The notes below the pieces were generated by a model. It ran no database searches and was not told where the DNA came from. It was given only the letters and a program-made list of their open reading frames with translations. A stretch of DNA of 64,000 nt, taken from Guillardia theta CCMP2712. Its lineage: Eukaryota; Protista; Cryptophyta. Of this stretch, positions 61,333-64,000 are shown one piece after another; within the stretch, counting starts at the first letter, position 1, and each line of letters begins with the position of its first letter. The stretch lies in assembly GCF_000315625.1 (NCBI RefSeq), contig NW_005434642.1:345131-409130 (forward strand), given 5' to 3'. A program made the position numbers and the translations under genes.

Positions 61333-62122
61333 TTACCATCATCCTCTCCCTCAGTTGTGAGTTATCCCTAGCTGCTGAGCTGTAACAGTACCATGTGAGC
61401 ACAGAGGGAAAGGAGGCAGGAGGGGGAAACAAGGAGCAGGGATAGACGAAGGAGGAGGGGGAAGAGCAAGATAACCTGAGATCGTTTTCCATCGCTGAAA
61501 CTTTTCCATAGAGTCCGAGCAGGAGCTCTTGCGCCTGACAGAATTTTATTCGTCCTTCCGCTAGGAAACGCAACAAGGCATGAAGGAAAACATCCTACAT
61601 TCTAACCAACGACAACAAACATCCACCACCGTCATTCCCTTACAAGATCACCATCACCATCACCATCACCATCACCATCATCATGTTTGACCATGACTCT
61701 GTACATCACAACAAGTTCATCTTTCCATTCATCTTCATCTTGTTCACCTCCATCTCCAGAATGTTTTGCACTTGTGCCCTCTGCCCGTGCTGCTCCTCTC
61801 CGCGCATGGGGGGGGTTGGAATTTCTCGCCTTTCCTTGCTCTCGCGCTGCCGTGATCGCGGCCTTGCTTCCGCTCTCTTGTTCCTTTCTTGGGGGGGAGC
61901 AGCAGGAGCTGACTTCTGGATCTCGGGTAGAACGAATTCTTCAGCGGCATTTCTTTTCCTTGCATTTGGTTCAGAGGGGTTGCTAATGAACGCTGCTTCG
62001 TTCGATCGCCTCTGTCGGTCAGCTTCCATCTGCATCAGGAGCTCTCTGCCATACTCTCTCTTCGATCGCCGAGCATGCATGGCCTGATCAGGGTTCTCCC
62101 CAGCCAAGACGTTACTAGCCAT
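55766..62122 (-). CDS. Long Glu-rich coiled-coil protein, multi-exon, spans an assembly gap
   Basis: Consecutive minus-strand heptad-rich ORFs (61706-62122, 59965-60309, 59087-59851, 58258-58758, 56202-57482, 55766-56017) separated by low-complexity introns. Confidence 0.75.
58856..58955. other. Assembly gap (100 N)
   Basis: N run. Confidence 0.99.
60396..60462. repeat. (CCTGCT)n microsatellite, intronic; shorter copy at ~55376-55408
   Basis: Seen directly. Confidence 0.9.
61204..61332. repeat. (CCT)n and (CAT)n microsatellites, intronic
   Basis: Seen directly; (CACCAT)n also at ~61649-61683. Confidence 0.9.
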
Positions 62123-62749
62123 GACTGCAACGAACTCCCTGCAACTTGCTTGCTAACGAGCCCGAGGGAAGGAGCGTCAAGGAACAGCAGTGGGAGGTCT
62201 GATCAGAAAGACAGGTATGATACTGCAAGGTCAGTCTGCTTCCCTTCTCCTCGTCTCCTCTCGCCCTCACTACCCCGCACCTTCGCCATCAACCCAAGAG
62301 CGAATAAGCAGCCGTTGAATCTCATCACCCTCATACCGCTCAAATGAACTTCGGACCCTGCTTCGGACCCAGTTCGGACTCCCCGGACCCGGCTTCCGAA
62401 GTTCGGACCGGGAAGGCCGCCGGCCCCCGGCGCCGGGCGGCCGCCGGGCGGCCCGGGTTGCAGTTGCCACTGAGTGACTTACCGTGGTTGATCCAGTCAC
62501 CCGGCTTTACTCCGATCACACGAGTCAGGATCGGACTCATCAGCGCGCCGGGGCACCCGTGACGGCGCCGGGGGTGACTCTGAGACGGACGGTGGGCCTG
62601 CCAGTGACTCGCGGCCCGTGACCATCGGACAGTGAGGCCGCACCCGGCGGGCGGCCGGGCAGCTGAGGTACTGTGGGCCCGGTCAGGAATTGAGGTGCTG
62701 AGAGTTTACTTAGGCTACAACTTAAGTCACAGTTACACAGGTCGCTAAC

Positions 62750-64000
62750 TTAACAGTGCTCGCGATAATTTACATCGATCTTATTGGTTGCCTTGCGAAA
62801 GGTTTTCAACCCATCGGGTTTGGCCACTGGCCCGAGCCCACCGTCAGTGTTCACGGTTGATTCACCAACTTGCGGCCACCGCTGGTCCGACGGTCCCGAG
62901 TTATTGTCCTCTTGAAGAGTTCTTGATCTGCGGCATGTAACCCGAGGAGGCATACCTGACCAAGCTGCAGGCCGGGAGTCACAATATGATCGTAACATCA
63001 AAGTGGCATGAGCTCACCTGCCCTGCTTCGTATGGCTTCGTGGGAACAGCGCAGATTGTCGGATCTTTTTCTGGCCCGACATTTCTGATTCCGTCTCTTC
63101 TAGTTGGAAGTTGTGGGCAGGTGCCGAACTCCTGCGCAGCAGAACCCTGTACTTCATCAGTGGGTTCTCCTGTATTTGACGCGCTGATCGCTCAGCCGAG
63201 CCGTTGAATAGGGGCTGTAACGCGACCTTCTTGGCAGGCAGGTGTATCCGCTTTCCTTTCGATGGCATGCGAGCAAATCCGGCATTATGGTCCTGATCCG
63301 CAAGAGCTTTTCTGTTCGCACTATCCACACTGTGAGTATCGAAGCCTTCTAATTCACTTTCGTCGAAAGACATCAAGGGAGCATTCAGACACTCCGCTGC
63401 ACTCCAACGATTCTTGGGATCCGCTGATAACAGACCATTGAGGAACTTCGTCCACTGATCAGCAGAGGCAGAAATTTCTTTCCAAGAATGGTTCGACATG
63501 TCCTTTAACCTTTCGGACTGGAACTTGTTTGTGACGCAGCAACCCTTGACCTGGAGAAATCTGGTCAGGACACGGGGAAGGGGAGAGCAGTGCGATTTCA
63601 CCATTGAATCAAGTCGGTAAGGATAGCTCGGCCACTGCTCAAAGTGGGTGCAACAGTTCATCTTCGAAAGGAAGTCCTTGTCTTGAGGAGTTCCAATCAG
63701 CTGGAAGATTCGCAGCAGCTGATCCCCGTTGTAGTTGAAATGAGAACTCTTTGGGCATTTGCAAACATCTTCTATCTTGCCAGGAAAAGCACATCTGCCC
63801 AACAGCATTTCCAATACGACACACCCAATCGACCACAAATCAATCTTGGAACAGTACATGGAGGTACCCATGATTAGCTCAGGTGCGCGATACCACCTGT
63901 CCAATTCTCAGAACCAAACCATGAAATTGTGTACAACTAACAGGGTGGAAATTTCACGACGGACAGGAAGTTTGGGCTCTGTCAAGTATCGTGAAAGACC
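62750..64000 (-). CDS. CMGC-group Ser/Thr kinase, CDK-like; 5' part outside window
   Basis: GLSRYLTEPKLPVRREISTL/WYRAPELIMG...KIDLWSIGCVVLEML...QLLRIFQLIGTP...LLSADPKNRWSAAECL. Confidence 0.9.

Overview
Gene-dense eukaryotic nuclear DNA with about 17 protein-coding genes, many interrupted by short (~40-100 bp) GT-AG introns, abundant microsatellites and two 100-N gaps (1791-1890, 58856-58955). The intron size, composition and a bipartite 'AQA-F' plastid presequence suggest an alga with a secondary red plastid, most likely a cryptophyte such as Guillardia theta (inference). In order, the genes are: an FkbM methyltransferase, a hypothetical protein, a signal-peptide/RPAP1_N-like/TPR protein, a frameshifted 54-bp Cys/His repeat array gene, an intronless 3063-aa IP3-receptor-family channel, a hypothetical protein, a triple hnRNP-Q acidic-domain protein, a hypothetical protein, an ABHD4/5 hydrolase, a Kelch-C2 protein head-to-head with a four-domain EEEE Ca2+ channel, a plastid-targeted nitronate-monooxygenase/FabK-family flavoenzyme, Vps51, a secreted/luminal EF-hand protein, a possible small membrane protein, a protein with tandem half-GAL4-like motifs, a long coiled-coil protein and a CDK-like kinase. 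The most striking item is the IP3R-like channel: it appears to lack most IP3-binding residues, carries a degenerate cyclic-nucleotide-binding domain and an extra four-helix membrane bundle mid-solenoid, and sits in a Ca2+-gene-rich neighbourhood. Other leads are a zinc-finger array with two hypervariable positions, a ubiquitin-tail-like LKLRGG motif after a signal peptide, and two distinct motif-dense classes of intergenic DNA. All domain calls are by eye, and exon boundaries are approximate.
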